Assembly (NCBI RefSeq): GCF_006345805.1
Contig: NC_043015.1
Coordinates: 12,710,001-12,774,000, forward strand
DNA length: 64,000 bases
Direction of reading: 5' to 3'
From: Octopus sinensis
Lineage: Eukaryota
The position numbers and the translations under genes are program-made. The notes beneath the pieces are model-generated. The model was not told the origin of the DNA. It did not search any database and saw only the letters and a list, made by a program, of their open reading frames with translations. Positions 12,164 to 25,482 of the stretch are shown one piece after another (the stretch's first letter is position 1; the number at the start of each line of letters is the position of its first letter).

Positions 12164-12729
12164 TAACCAAGCCCTCATATTCCACTATGTTTGTAGAGTA
12201 CTGACAAGCTTTTCTCCTCTTTGTGTTCTCACCAGTGTTCACTTATCTGTTCACCTAAGCTACATACTGTCTTTTCAATGTACATTGGTATCCTGTTTCT
12301 ACACCATCCCTCTGTACACCTTATATTATAGATTACAATCCTAGTTTTACAATTTATCTGAGGGTTTACCCTACGCACAAAACAGTTCTTATCTGTATGG
12401 AGAGTTCTTTCAAATGGGTACATTCTACATATCCAGGATTTTATGGGGGTCCCTGGCCTTTGTACTACTTTGATCCATAGATTCATCTTATCTATGGTTT
12501 TCCTAAAAAAAATATGCTAGTTCGCCTCTAAAGATAGCATTGACAAACATGAGACTCTGGTATTTTTGGTTGTCATACCATGAGTTGGTGTTACCTATCT
12601 TCTTAGTTCATTAGTCTAGAGTTAGGTGATGTCAGCAATTGGTGTTTGTAAAATTTCATTGGTCTAGAACATATAAAATCAAGATTTGAAGCTATTATTG
12701 TAAAGGTCCAAAAAAAAAAGAATGTCTGT

Positions 12730-12922
12730 TAGGAGTGGATGTGTGGTAAGTAGCTTGTTTACCAACCACATGGTTCTGGGTTCAGTTCCACTGCATGGCC
12801 CCTTGGGCAAGTGTCTTCTACTATAGCCTCGGGCCGACCAAAGCCTTGTGAGTGGATTTGGTAGACGGAAACTGAAAGAAGCCTGTCGTATATATATGTG
12901 TGTGTGTGTTTTACACACACAT

Positions 12923-12960
<38 letters not shown>

Positions 12961-13117
12961 GACAGGCTTCTTTCAGTTTCCATCTACCAAATCCACTAAC
13001 AAGGCTTTGGTTGACCCGAGGCTATAGTAGAAGACACTTGTCCAAGGTGCCACGCAGCGGGACTAAATCCAGAATCATGTGTTTGGTAAGCAAGCTACTT
13101 ACCACACAGCCATTCCT
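12730..13117. mobile_element. Two convergent SINE B 5' halves joined at a (TG)/(CA)/(TA) microsatellite (fold-back)
   Basis: 12730-12893 (+) and 12958-13117 (-) are reverse-complementary copies. Confidence 0.8.
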
Positions 13118-13439
13118 GTCAAATATTTCCTTTTTGCTGTTGTGTATTTCTGTAGTATTTGATTCTTTTTATGTGATTCCATCCTTAACTTAAGAATTAA
13201 GAAGTCTTTGAGTTTTTTTTCCTTCAATGTTTTTCAAAAGCACAAGCTGATGATCGATTCATTATGAAATTTCAAGGTGGTAACTGTTTTTCTTTATGTT
13301 GGCAATTCATATTCCTTTCCAGGATGTTTTTGATGAATCGGGTGCTTTTGTTTTTGTTATAATGATTCTTTGATTAGTTTTTCACTTAGAAGAGTCCCTG
13401 CTAATTCATATAAAATCCATATTATTGTTAATTCTTTTA

Positions 13440-13516
13440 TATTTCTCTCTCTCTCTCTCACTTGTATGTGTGTGTATACACATATATACATACATACATA
13501 TATACATACATATATG

Positions 13517-13561
<45 letters not shown>

Positions 13562-13765
13562 CACACAAATATACACACACACATACCAACATATATGCAT
13601 ACATACACACATACATATATACACACAGACATATATATATATATATATATATACATATATATACACACAGATACATTTAAACATATACACACACATCTAT
13701 GTGTGTATATATATATATATATAGACACATATACATAAACATGCATACATACATACATATATATA
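13440..13765. repeat. Compound (CT)/(TG)/(TACA)/(TA) microsatellite
   Basis: Directly visible; explains the low-complexity YI/VC ORFs in the track. Confidence 0.95.
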
Positions 13766-13780
13766 AGTAAAATTAATATA

Positions 13781-14168
13781 TGTGGCTGTGTGGTAAGTAG
13801 CTTGCTAACCAACCACATGGTTCCGGGTTCAGTCCCACTGCGTGGCATCTTGGGCAAGTGTCTTCTGCTATAACCCCGGGCCGACCAATGCCTTGTGAGT
13901 GAATTTGGTAGACGGAAACTGAAAGAAGTCTGTCGTATATATGTATATATATATATATGTGTGTGTGTGTTTGTGTGTCTGTGTTTGTCCCCCTAGCATT
14001 GCTGGTGTGTTTACGTCCCTGTCACTTAGCGGTTCGGCAAAAGAGACCGATAGAATAAGTACTGGGCTTACAAAGAATAAGTCCTGGGGTCGATTTGCTC
14101 GACTAAAGGCGGTGCTCCAGCATGGCCGCAGTCAAATGACTGAAACAAGTAAAAGAGTAAAAGAGTAA
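13781..14168 (+). mobile_element. Full-length SINE B: tRNA-like head, internal microsatellite, AAAGAGT tail
   Basis: A-box-like GTGGCTGTGTGG and B-box-like GGTTCAGTCCC; internal (TA)/(TG); tandem AAAAGAGT end. Confidence 0.85.
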
Positions 14169-14435
14169 CAGGTTGCACTGTTTCAGCAAAAAGGAGAATT
14201 ATAATTGTCACTAAATGTGACTAGGGTGTTAAAAAACATCTACATTGCTCGAAATAAGAGCTAAAATACTCTAATGCTGTAGTTAACACACATAAAAGAA
14301 AACATATACACTAACAGGGACAATAATTGTCTGAAAAATGCCAACTGAGAATTCTGATGTCTGTTTTGGCAGTTTCTGTTGCCACCACCAGTTAAGTCAG
14401 CTTGGTGATTGGGTTTTTCCAGACCTGTTTATCTA

Positions 14436-14821
14436 TTACTCTTTACTCTTTTACTCGTTTCAGTCATTTGACTGTGGCCATGCTTGAGCACCACCTTTTA
14501 GTCAAGCAAATTGACCCCAGGACTTATTCTTTGTAAGCCTAGTACTTATTCTATTGGTCTCTCTTGCCGAACCGCTAAGTGACGGGGATGTAAACACACC
14601 AGCATTGGTTGTCAAGCGATGTTGGGGGGCAAACACAGACACACAAACATACACACATACATATATATACATATGTACGACAGGCTTCTTTCAGTTGTCT
14701 GCCAAATCCACTGACAAGGCTATAGTAGAAGACACTTGCCCAAGGTTCCACGCAGTGGGACTGAACCTGGAACCATGTGGTTCGTAAGAAAGCTACTTAC
14801 CACACAGCCACTCCTACGCCT
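14436..14821 (-). mobile_element. Full-length SINE B, inverted relative to 13781-14168
   Basis: Reverse complement of the same head, microsatellite and tail layout. Confidence 0.85.
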
Positions 14822-16653
14822 ATTAGTATATATGTTTTTGTCATCTAAATTAATGAATGTTTTAGTGATTCACTAATGTGTATGGACAAAATTAATCTAA
14901 ACAGCAGGTTGCAATGTTACACCAAAAAGGAGAATTATAATTGTCACTAAATGTGACTTGGGTGTAAATGAAATTGACCTCAATCTTAATAATTCTTGGT
15001 TGGCATTTTTCAAACAGTTATGGTCCCTATTAGTGTATATGTTTTCATTCATGTGTGTTAACTACAGCATTAGAGTGCATTTTAGCTCTTATTTCTAGCA
15101 ATGCAGGTGTTTTTAACACCCTAGTTTTACACAAACACACACGTGTGTGTATATGTATATATATATATATATATATATGCTACACACATACATACACATA
15201 GTTTCCCAATATCATAAGTCCGAAAAAATAGGCATTTGTGTATTTGTCGGTAGACTGGTCACATTAATCAAAGTATACAGTATTATAAATCCATTATTGC
15301 AGATATTACCAATCAGTTTTGCATAGGATATTAGGTAATCCAGTAATTACCTAATTGGATTAAATTGGCTGTAATGGATTTATGATAATGTATACTTTGA
15401 TCAGTATATATCATCACCATCATCCATCATCATCAATTAACAACATTTTTCCAATAGTGATATAGGTTGGACAATTCAACATGGACTGAAGGGCCAGAGG
15501 GCTGTGCTGAGTTCCAGTGTCTGCTTTGGCAGGGCTTCTACAGCTGGATGCCCTTCATAATGCCAACTACTTTACAGAGTGTAATGGGTGCTTCTTACAT
15601 GACACCAGCGCTGGTGACCTCACCTGTTACCTGCAATACAAGATCCCAGTACACACAAGGTGATTGTTTCATTTATGTGTCATTGAAATTATTATTATTA
15701 CTATTTAGGTGGCAGGCTGACATGACTTGTTAGCATACTGGACAAAACACCTAACAAAATTACATCCATCTTTAATGTTTTGAACTCAAATTCCACTGAG
15801 GTCAACTTTGTCTTTCATCCTTTCAGGGTCGATAACATAAGTAACAGTTGAGTACTGGGTTCAATGTAATTAACTACACCCTCTCCTAAAATTTCAGATG
15901 ATTTATCCTAAGTATATTATCATATTATGTATCACAAGAGAGCAATTAATTGTTCTTTATAGAGGAATCTAAACAAACACTATCAACATATTTAGGGTAA
16001 GTAGTTAAAGCAATTATTGGCTTTTTTCTCTCGTTACAAAATACTACTGAAGCAATTATAATTACCATGCAATAATTATCATTTAGTTACTCAAATAGAC
16101 ATATTTACTTACATTATGCTTTTTCTCACTTAACATTTTAATTGTTGGTACATTTACACAGAACTTTCATCTAGATGGATGGAAGAAACAAATAAATTTG
16201 GGTGTTTAGCTAAACAAAACACACGTGAAGGAATATTAGTGCATCTCTATACATCTCAAGAATAGCAAATAATTGCATATTTCTTTGTAAATTAAAAGCT
16301 AATTTAAATTAAAGTAAAAGTAAGATTCCATTAATGAAATCTGTAATCTGCCATTTCACTTTTATTTCTAAATATCTTGGAAATGACTTTACAACTTTCT
16401 TCTGTAAAAAGCACATGTTTCATGCCTACTCATGAAATGAGAAAAGCCTGCCCAAGATACTCGTAAGTTTATTGTAAGCAAGATCTAGGAAAAAATAAAT
16501 TTTAATGCTTTCCCTTAACCTCTAATGAAACTGAATTTTTACCAAGAAATAAACACATTTAAAAAAAATATGAGCAGAAACAGCAGAAAGCATTGCATTG
16601 AAACTGCATCAAAGCTCAAAATATTTACAGCTGATATGGTTTTATATATTTAA

Positions 16654-16875
16654 CCCTTTAGTGTTCACATTATTCTGCCAAAATTTATTTTTTTTTATCC
16701 AAATTATTTTGAACTAATCATTCATTAATCTTGTAGCTATGAGATTTTGATGAGGAAGCTGTTCATTTTTAAAACGATATTGTAGGGTTGGTGTGAGAGA
16801 CCAGATATGGCCGGTTTGAACATAAAACAGGCAGAATACTTTTGGCCTGATATGGCCGGTTTAAATGCTAAAGGG
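16654..16875 (+). mobile_element. piggyBac-like MITE
   Basis: TTAA|CCCTTTAG ... CTAAAGGG|TTAA; homologues at 24019-24227, 45177-45396 and 63922-64000. Confidence 0.8.
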
Positions 16876-17589
16876 TTAATAGGTAAGTTCATCTATTCTT
16901 GTCCTTTGAATTGTAATTTAGAAAATTTTTCAAAGGAAGATTACACATTACTTACAGTTCTTTAGTAGCATCATATGAATGAAAAGGATAATTTCTTTAA
17001 AACCTTTGTGGTAGCTAACAGAAATGGTAGATGACAAGAATATCAACATTACACAGGGATGTTTAAGAGGGTATGTTGGGAAACAAGATATTACCTGGAC
17101 ATGTGCAGGATATGAAGAAGGAACTAAGATTTTTAGACTATGTGTAATTGACTTTTCTGACTATATATGTAAAAAAAACAAGATAAGTGGTTGTGGACTC
17201 CAAATGTAGTTCTGATGAAATAAAGTTTTCTCTAACAAATAAAGTTAGTGAGATCAGACTGACAGCAGTGAGGAAATGAAAAAAATGCAAGCAGAAGAGG
17301 CATTGGAACACAAGCAAAGAGGCGCGGGGGGGGGGGGAGGGGGGCAAATAATTATAGCCAATACTTAATGAATTGAGACAAGTGAAAAATAAAAGAAAAG
17401 AAAAAAGGAATTAGTTTAAAGAAGTAAATTTATTTTGAAGAACAACAGGACTTTGAGAGTTAAATTAAAGACAAGAGAAAATAGTCAGAAAAGTGAAAAA
17501 TAGTCCAGTTTTAAAATAAATGTATTCTTAATATCAAGGCATGTGACACATCCCAGATTCATTTTTAATAAGTCATTTTAAGGTAACAG

Positions 17590-17621
<32 letters not shown>

Positions 17622-18228
17622 ATTAAAGAAAAGAAAAGATAGATTTAACAGCCTCAGTAGAAGAGAAAATTATATTTATTTAATTTTATTTTTCCATTGC
17701 AACAAACAAAATGAAATTTTTTGTTGGAAGAATGAAAATTCTCCTGTGATTTTGACACAAAGTAATAATAAACAAAATCTATAATAACATTAGGAAGAAG
17801 AAATGTGTGCTTGAAAGAAAGAAAGAACAATATTTTTTTAAATATGTAATTTATCTCATCAATAAACAAGTTTTCATTTTTACTTAAGGGAAAAAGATTA
17901 TGAGAAATTAAAAAATGTTATTGGTAGCTGTCACTAACTTACAGAGGTGACTTTTTCAAGTTCATTATGGCAGTTTTCTTCCTTTTGTTATAGGCTAAAA
18001 GTGTTTAAGTCTTGTTAGGTTATCATCAAGATAAATATATCCATAGAGTAACAAGCAAGCTCCCAAAATAATCACCTTGATGATGGCATGAACTATTAAA
18101 TATATCTACCAAGAACAACTACAAGCAACAAAATATTTTAAAACATATTTAGATGAGATTGCTAATTGATGTACACGAAACAGCAGCATATTTACAATAG
18201 CCAACATGTTAGTAGTATTTGTATAGAT

Positions 18229-18455
18229 CAGTGGTTCTCAACCATTTTTTGCCTACGGACCCCTTTGACTCCTATTTAACTCTACTGGACCCCAGGTTTA
18301 AAAAAAACAAAAAAAAACTGTAATATTTTATAATATTATTAGTAATTGAATATAAAAAAAGTTGTTGAAATATTTTGTGTATCGTAGAAGTATAACCAGT
18401 TTATTGCAGATAAATTTTAACAACAAAATCTTATACGAACCCTTAAGGAACATAT
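18229..18455 (+). mobile_element. Partial hAT-type MITE; a related fragment lies at about 19060-19345
   Basis: CAGTGGTTCTCAACC terminus and repeated GGACCCC subterminal motifs; no second terminus found. Confidence 0.5.
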
Positions 18456-18711
18456 GGGACCTGGTATTGATGAATTAATCCTCCTGAAAGTGGGTGACTT
18501 TTTTTTATGAGACTAAAAAGTTGGAAGACATAACAAATGAAAAGAGAAGGATAATCAAAGTTTTATTTTCAGAGTTCAAGTTCCATAAGTATTTGACTTC
18601 CCTTTTTAATACTTTCAGAAGATCAATAAATCTGCACTGACTTATCACAATGGTTTGGGAAGAAGAATCACTATTGGAATCATCGTAAATGTATAACTGG
18701 GCTAATTTCTT

Positions 18712-18943
18712 ATTTCTTTATTGCCCACAAGGGGTTAAACATAGAGGGGACAAACAAGGACAGACAAAGGGATTAAGTCGATTACATTGGCCCCAGTGCA
18801 TAACCGATACTTGATTTATCGGCCCCGAAAGGATGAAAGGCAAAGTCGACTTCGGTGGAATTGGAACTCAGAACGTAAAGACAGACGAAATATTGATAAG
18901 CATTTTGCCCAGAGTGCTAACATTTCCGCCAGCTCGCCACCTT
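18712..18943 (-). mobile_element. SINE family A, near full length
   Basis: Minus-strand head AAGGTGGCGAGCTGGCGGAAATGTTAGCAC, B-box-like GAGTTCCAATTCC and the GTCGACTTTGCCTTTCATCC core. Confidence 0.8.
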
Positions 18944-20163
18944 ACTGGGCTGACTTCTACAGAATGTGTAGAATTTGGGAGGAAGTAGAATGCGTGATAA
19001 ACTGCCTTCTGGAATTTAAATGGGTTTCTTTTAAAAGGGATTCTTAACCATTTCTAGGACTCGATTGATTACTATTTCACTCTGGTGGACCCCCAAAGCC
19101 ATTCAATGTCTGAAAATTAGTTTTATAGATACTTTTTTTAAATTCCTATTTTGCTTTTCACATATTAACTTGTGTAGGTTGAGCGATGTAAAACATTAGA
19201 GACAGAAACCTAGCTGCTTCTTGCAATAAATACATCTGAAGTAAAATTTTTCTCTTGGATCCTTAATATACTACTGTGGGTCCTCAATTTATTATTTTGT
19301 TTGTGTGGACCCCAAAATCTTATATGGAACCCAGTTGGGGAACCAGTTTCAGAAGGATTAGAGCTCAGACTGTATAGTGAATAAAATAGATAAGTTAGAC
19401 ATTTAGGATGATTCCAATAGCAATTCCCCTTCCCATACCACTGTGATAAGTCAGTGTTATTTTTCATTTTGGTCCCCTAACATGCCATTTCTTCTTCAGG
19501 ACAGAAATTTAAAGAAACTTTAACAAAGATGAAATATAACCCAACTCTCATTAAAATATTATACCTTTTTTTTTGTTATTTGTTATTTTTTCCTCAGAGT
19601 TCATAAATATTAATCTAATACATGACTGAGTCAGCTGCCGTTGTAAGGATGATGTCACTGTTGTAAATATGTCACCATTGCAAGTACATTATCTACTAAA
19701 ATATGTTTGTCTTGAGTCAACTCTTTGGAAGCCGAGTAAAAGACTTCCCACTGAACAGGATACCAGTCCATTGCAGGATCAATCCCAGCAGCCACTGTCA
19801 CTATTTTCAACTGAGTAGACAAGAGCAACATGAAATGAATTGCCTTACTCAAAGACAATGCACTACCTGGTCTGAAAATTGAGCCCAAATCTAATGATCA
19901 CGAACCCAGCCCCTGAACTACTTAGCCACAGGCCTTCCCTTATATCATCTAATGAATGTCATTAAATAATTTTAAACAGCATGGTTGTGTGGTTGAGAAG
20001 CTCATTTGTAACAATGTGATTCCAGGTTTATTTCCACTTGGGCAAGTATCAACCAATGCCATTTGATCGAATTTGGTAGACTGAAACTGTGCGGAAGCCT
20101 GTCATCTATCTATCTATCTATCTATTTATCTACCTACCTACCTATCTACCTATATAATCAATA

Positions 20164-20988
20164 CACATGACAAAAGAGCCATTAATACTTTCTTGCTTTT
20201 ATGATACTTTAAATAAGTATATTTATAAAAATATGTCATGTATCTCCAAGCAATCTTTCTGGCTCTGTTCATGTATTAGATATATTTTAAAAACTAGGAT
20301 GATGGACAGTAAGAGAATAAGAAAAAAAAACGAGAAGAAAAACATGAGGAAGGTTGACGCAAAACAAAAATGGACAAGAAGAAACAAAAGCAAAAAAACC
20401 AAGATCCCTGTCCTCCCTGATTACTGGAAACACAATTAATGCAGCTGGTATAACAGGAAAATATGTCAAAGCCTGCAAGATTGCAACTCAATCTGGAGCT
20501 GATGGTATCCTCTAGTTTGACAAAAGAAACCTGTCCTTGTGCTTGCATTTGCTAAATATTTCAGAACTGGTATTAAGTAGCATGGTAAAATTCTTGGATC
20601 TAAGAAGCGTACGAGATCTTTCTGCATTTCTTAGATCCATTAACATATGGCTTGGATTTCTCCATGATTCTCCACTCGATTATATGTGGAGTAGAGTTGG
20701 TCTTCAGATGCCATATATACCAAGCCAACTCAGTTGCTTTAATGTTGTTGATATGCTGAAAAGAAGATAGATGTTTGCATAACATTTCTTTCTTCTCCTT
20801 CCATTTTTGCATTAACCTTCTTTGCATTTTTCTTATTTTCTCACTGTCCATCATCTTAGTTTTTAAAATTTATCTAACACATAAACAGAACCTGAAAAAT
20901 CGCTTGGAGATACATGGCGTATTTTATAAATATACTTATTTAAAGTATCATAAAAGCATAAAACTATTAGTAGCTATTTCGGCATGTG
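20164..20988. mobile_element. Non-autonomous fold-back DNA transposon with TIRs of about 225 bp and a TA target duplication (Tc1/mariner-like)
   Basis: TA|CACATG ... CATGTG|TA; 20164-20390 is an imperfect reverse complement of 20770-20988. Confidence 0.75.
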
Positions 20989-21907
20989 TATTAAAATATT
21001 TATCTCTCATAGGTTGGAGTACTTTTTTTTGGTGATTCTACCTATATTAGATCTATAAACTATGTGTGTGTGTGTCTCAGTGTTTGTCCCCTACCACCAC
21101 TTGACAACTACTGTTGGTTTGTTTACATCTACATAACTCAGCGTCCAGCAAAAGAGATTGACAGATTAAGGACCAGACTTTAAAAAAATAAGTACTGGGG
21201 TCGATTTGTTCGACTAAACCCTTCAAGGCAGTGCTCCAGCATGGCCAAAAAATAAAAGATGTTATTGTCAGTAGCCATTATGAAATAATTCTGATTAATA
21301 ACTTCTGAATTATATCTTTCTCAGTTGGCTTTTTTGAATCTTTATGGGGATATTTGGGGATATTTGTCTTGATAATAATCATCTTGTTATTCATACATTT
21401 TGTTCAATACACAAATAGACATAAATCATAAAAATAGGACATCCTCACAGATATATGTCTATCAACATAGTAAATACACAAACACACACATATATTTATA
21501 CTGAGACACACACATCCTTTACTACTTAAAGAAATGCGAACTAAATGGCCTAATAAGTTTTGTCTTTTACTCCAAATCTTCTGGATCATCTTTATTATTT
21601 CCGTATATATTTGTTAACCCATAAGAAATGTATAACACATCAACAAGTAAAATTATGGAGAATAAGTATTAAAAACATAAATATTTTGTGTTGACAAATG
21701 AGCAAAGGTAAATCCATAACTTTTGGAAATGCACAAATGAAGACTGGATTATTTCAGGCATTATTTACATTAACGTTATTTATTGTAAACATCAGAAGCT
21801 AACTCAGTAGCAATTGTTAATGAAGCAATGTTTAGTACCAGGGCTTCAACATAATTGAAGGCAATAATTTTTCATCATAATGAAATACATCAGATTTATC
21901 GAGCCAA

Positions 21908-22112
21908 TGAAGGAGACTTTATAGGTCACTTGATCTGCTAGAAATAGCAGCGAAATCTCACACTATCATGTTAAAAAAAAAATGGACACATTACGTAATA
22001 TGGTCCTGTGTTCCCTGCACATAGAAAAAAAAAAAGATGTGATGGTCATGACAGGAATGTCTTTGGTCATAGGTCTGCTAAATTATTGTTGGCCTGAGGC
22101 TAAACAACAACT
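21908..22112 (+). mobile_element. SINE-like family C; other copies at about 52-230, 35110-35195, 39299-39480, 39712-39895, 47085-47275
   Basis: Shared GCTAGAAATAGCAGC..AATCT and GGTCATGACAGGAATGTCTTTG..CATAGG..GGCTAAACAAC segments. Confidence 0.6.
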
Positions 22113-24018
22113 TTAGATTTATAAGATCCTGTGACATTCATGGTGAGTAGATGATTTATCAATTATTGAACTAGAGTTAATGATTCTCACATTAATTTAT
22201 GGTGCTTAGCACATTTTTAAAAATTATAAAACTTGTAATATTAAGTTTGAACAAAGTAGACCCTCTCTTCTAATAATGAGTTGAACTGGCTCTCCTAAAG
22301 GGTGTTCTAAGGGAATTTAAATTCCCTTCAGTTAACTGTTTTCAGGATACCTTTACATAGTTGCAGTGCATGAGACCTCTACAATTATTAAACCAAACCA
22401 TTTACTAGATACTGCATAGAGGATCCCTTCAGTTAGTGGTATCTTAGAAAATTTCTTCAGATAGCTAAAGTGAGCAAGATATCTCTATTTTGTTGTAAGA
22501 CAGAGAACCAGTTTATTGATTGTAACATTGTAAGAGAAACAACTAATTTTAAGCTACCTTGATAGATCAGTTTAAAACTTCCAAGGAATGACTGTTTTTG
22601 TAAAGAGTAATATTTATTTATGACTCTGAAAGAGGATGAAAGTAGAAATTAACTAATTTGATAAGAGAATGATGACAGAAAGCTGTGCTAAACATAAGCA
22701 AGATAGCTAAGGTTTATATGTTGAATTATCAGTTATATTCGGTTTTCTTCAGTTGTAGAACTGTAATTTGTTCAACTAACAATGGATTGAAGAGATTACA
22801 AGACAGGTAAATGTAGCTGTTAGCAAATATAGTCGTAGTATCAAAAAGATTTGTATGCAAAGTGTTACAAAATGTCACAACCCAAAGCAAGATCAGTTTA
22901 TCTTGAATACAAGAATTACTATTATTTTATGTGAAATTGTGGAACAGTTTCTTTGAACTGGAAAAATAAAAGTTTGTTGAATGGATTTCAAAACCAAAGC
23001 ACTAATAGAAAAAAAAAAAAATGTTTAAATCAGCAGTAAATAAGCAATGTAACTCTCAAAGATTTCACATAAATATATAAATAGATATACAAAATCATAA
23101 TGTAATGTATATAAGCATATGAATAGGGCTTTCAATTTGCATTCCTGTTATCTCTCTATATCTGATGCAGGTGTATGCTTATTGAGTATGGATGTGTGTA
23201 GGGTTTTCAAATTAAGTCCCAAATAAGAAACAGGCAAATAACAAGAAATCACTCTCATGCATTCATTTCCTACTTCAGTCATTCTCTCTCTCTCTCTCTG
23301 TCTCACACACTAATAGTTTTTTTTTTACTGTACATACACACACTTGTATATCTACACACACACATATATATATATATATGTATTCCACATGATGAAAGAC
23401 TGTGTGACAAGTGGAAAGATGCTGTGAAACCTGTCCAATTTAAGCCAAAGTAGAATAGTAGACATAAAATGATGATGATGATGATAATAAAAGCAAAAAT
23501 GCTGTGATCAGGTAAACAAAGAAAAAATATATGCAAAAAAAAAGGAGGAAAAAGTGAAATGCAAATGTTTAATATTGCAGCAGTTAATACATGTTTTAAG
23601 ACTAGGACACAAGGACAAATTTTGTGAAGGAGAGGAATAGATGACAGCAATATATTATCACACATTGAATCAAACCCTAGTTACTGTTTACATCCCAGTT
23701 TTAGAAAGGGTTCACTGCACGTCATTAGAGTTGAATGAAAAGAAAAAAACATTTAGCTGTAAAAATCCGCCTCAGAAAAATTACCCCACTCAGCATGGAA
23801 AAGTGAATGTAAAATACTGATAATGATGATTTAATCAACCTCTAGCAGCCTGAAAGGCAATGTCAATCTTAGTGGGATTTAAACTAAGGGTAGTAAAGTT
23901 CTGAATAAATTTTAATATAAAGTATATAGTCTGGCCCTCTACTGTTTTAACCATTTGTAATAATTTCCAAATGACTTATGAGTAATCCAGGAAGCATCTA
24001 TATAGTTGACTTCATTAA

Positions 24019-24227
24019 CACTTTAGCCATATCTGGCCAAAAGTATTCTGCCTGTTTTATGTTCAAACAGGCCAGGTCTGGTCTCTCACACCAACCCTAC
24101 AATATTGTTTTAAAAATTAATAGCTACCTCATCAAAATCTCATAGCTACAAGATAATACATGATTAGTTCAAAACAATGTGGATGAAGAAGCATTAATTT
24201 TGGCAGAGTAATGTGAACACTAAAGGG
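24019..24227 (-). mobile_element. piggyBac-like MITE, reverse orientation
   Basis: TTAA-flanked reverse complement of 16654-16875, with a small internal deletion. Confidence 0.75.
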
Positions 24228-25150
24228 TTAATGTAATCACTAACTTTCCCAAAATATAACCTCTACCAACTTGATAATGAGGATCAAATCTTATGACAAT
24301 ATGCTCCACATTAAAAACAAGACAACCGTACAGATAAGTGTCAGTTTCTTCCATTAGCTGTTTACATGCTATAGGGTCTTTTATCAGCAGATGTGTTTGA
24401 GAATGCTTAACAAAACAATGAGAAATTAATAAAAAGATAAACAAGTATCCTTTCTCTCTATACAAATTCTACATTGTAAATATTGCAGTAGGAATATTCA
24501 ATATTAAGTGAAAATATTTGTTTATAAAATATTATTTTTTCTTCTGTTTCACTGTAAGGTCAGCTCCAAATTAAAATTGACTTAAAATTGTTCTGCATTG
24601 GAGAAAAGATATAAATAATAATATCAGAACAGCTAATTATTATTTCTACTTAGAAAATTAACCAATCGTTTTTTTTTTCTCTTCTGAAACTAAAATGGTT
24701 AATGTTAAGAAAGAAACCAATTGAAACAAACTTACAGAAAACATCCCTATGGATACTGATCTAACATTTAAAATACACAAATATTATACTGATATCAAGA
24801 CACACACCTTGATGTGCTGTTATGTAGGGAATATGATGATGAACAGCTATGGAGAGAATGTAATAATTGTGAGCTATTATGGAGAGATTATGATGATTAT
24901 GAGCATTTATGGTGAGAAAACTGCTTTATCGTGATTAAGATACTTTATAAACAATGCTCATCACTGTTTGCATTTATGAACATTTCCATGTTAATTATAT
25001 TTAAAGAAATGAATAGGTGGGAATAATTAAAACTGCAAGATGGCTAAGTCAAACTTCAAGACTTTTTCAAAAATAAGCAAAGAACACATTCATACAACAA
25101 GTGTAATTAATATGACAATACAAAAATTAGATGGTATGATACACGTGATC

Positions 25151-25156
25151 TTTATT
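25151..25156 (-). terminator. Candidate distal polyadenylation signal (AATAAA) of Src42A, giving a 3'UTR of about 2.9 kb
   Basis: AATAAA on the minus strand followed by a U/GU-rich tract (tttttgtattgt...ttgttgtatgaatgtgttcttttg). Other AATAAA hexamers exist, e.g. 28067-28072, 27263-27268, 25655-25660. Confidence 0.3.
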
Positions 25157-25434
25157 CAATATTGAGTCTGTAAGGATGGTAAGGCTCTCAAATAAAAAAA
25201 ATATATAATAAACATATAAAAGAAACATTAAAAATGTTTATCTATATGAACTGAAATGAATGTATACAAATATTGTGGAATATAACAGCAATTTCCTTTT
25301 CTATATACCCTATTGAAATATTTCAGTGTTGACCTTTGATAAAGTTCTCAGTGCAGCAATCTCAAAAAAATAATGATACATTTTCTTTTATATATTTTAT
25401 CTTTACTGCAGAAACTGCAATTTGATTGGCAGCA

Positions 25435-25482
<48 letters not shown>

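Noticed and set aside
13357-13857. Long YI/VC/TH-rich ORFs (also near 25350-25690, 27277-27502, 29023-29241, 44188-44515)
   Set aside because: Translations of TA, TG and CA microsatellites, which lack stop codons; not genes.
16956-17014. 59-nt exon-like segment on the minus strand (ttctgttag ... gtaagt)
   Set aside because: No partner exons, no recognisable peptide, intergenic position.
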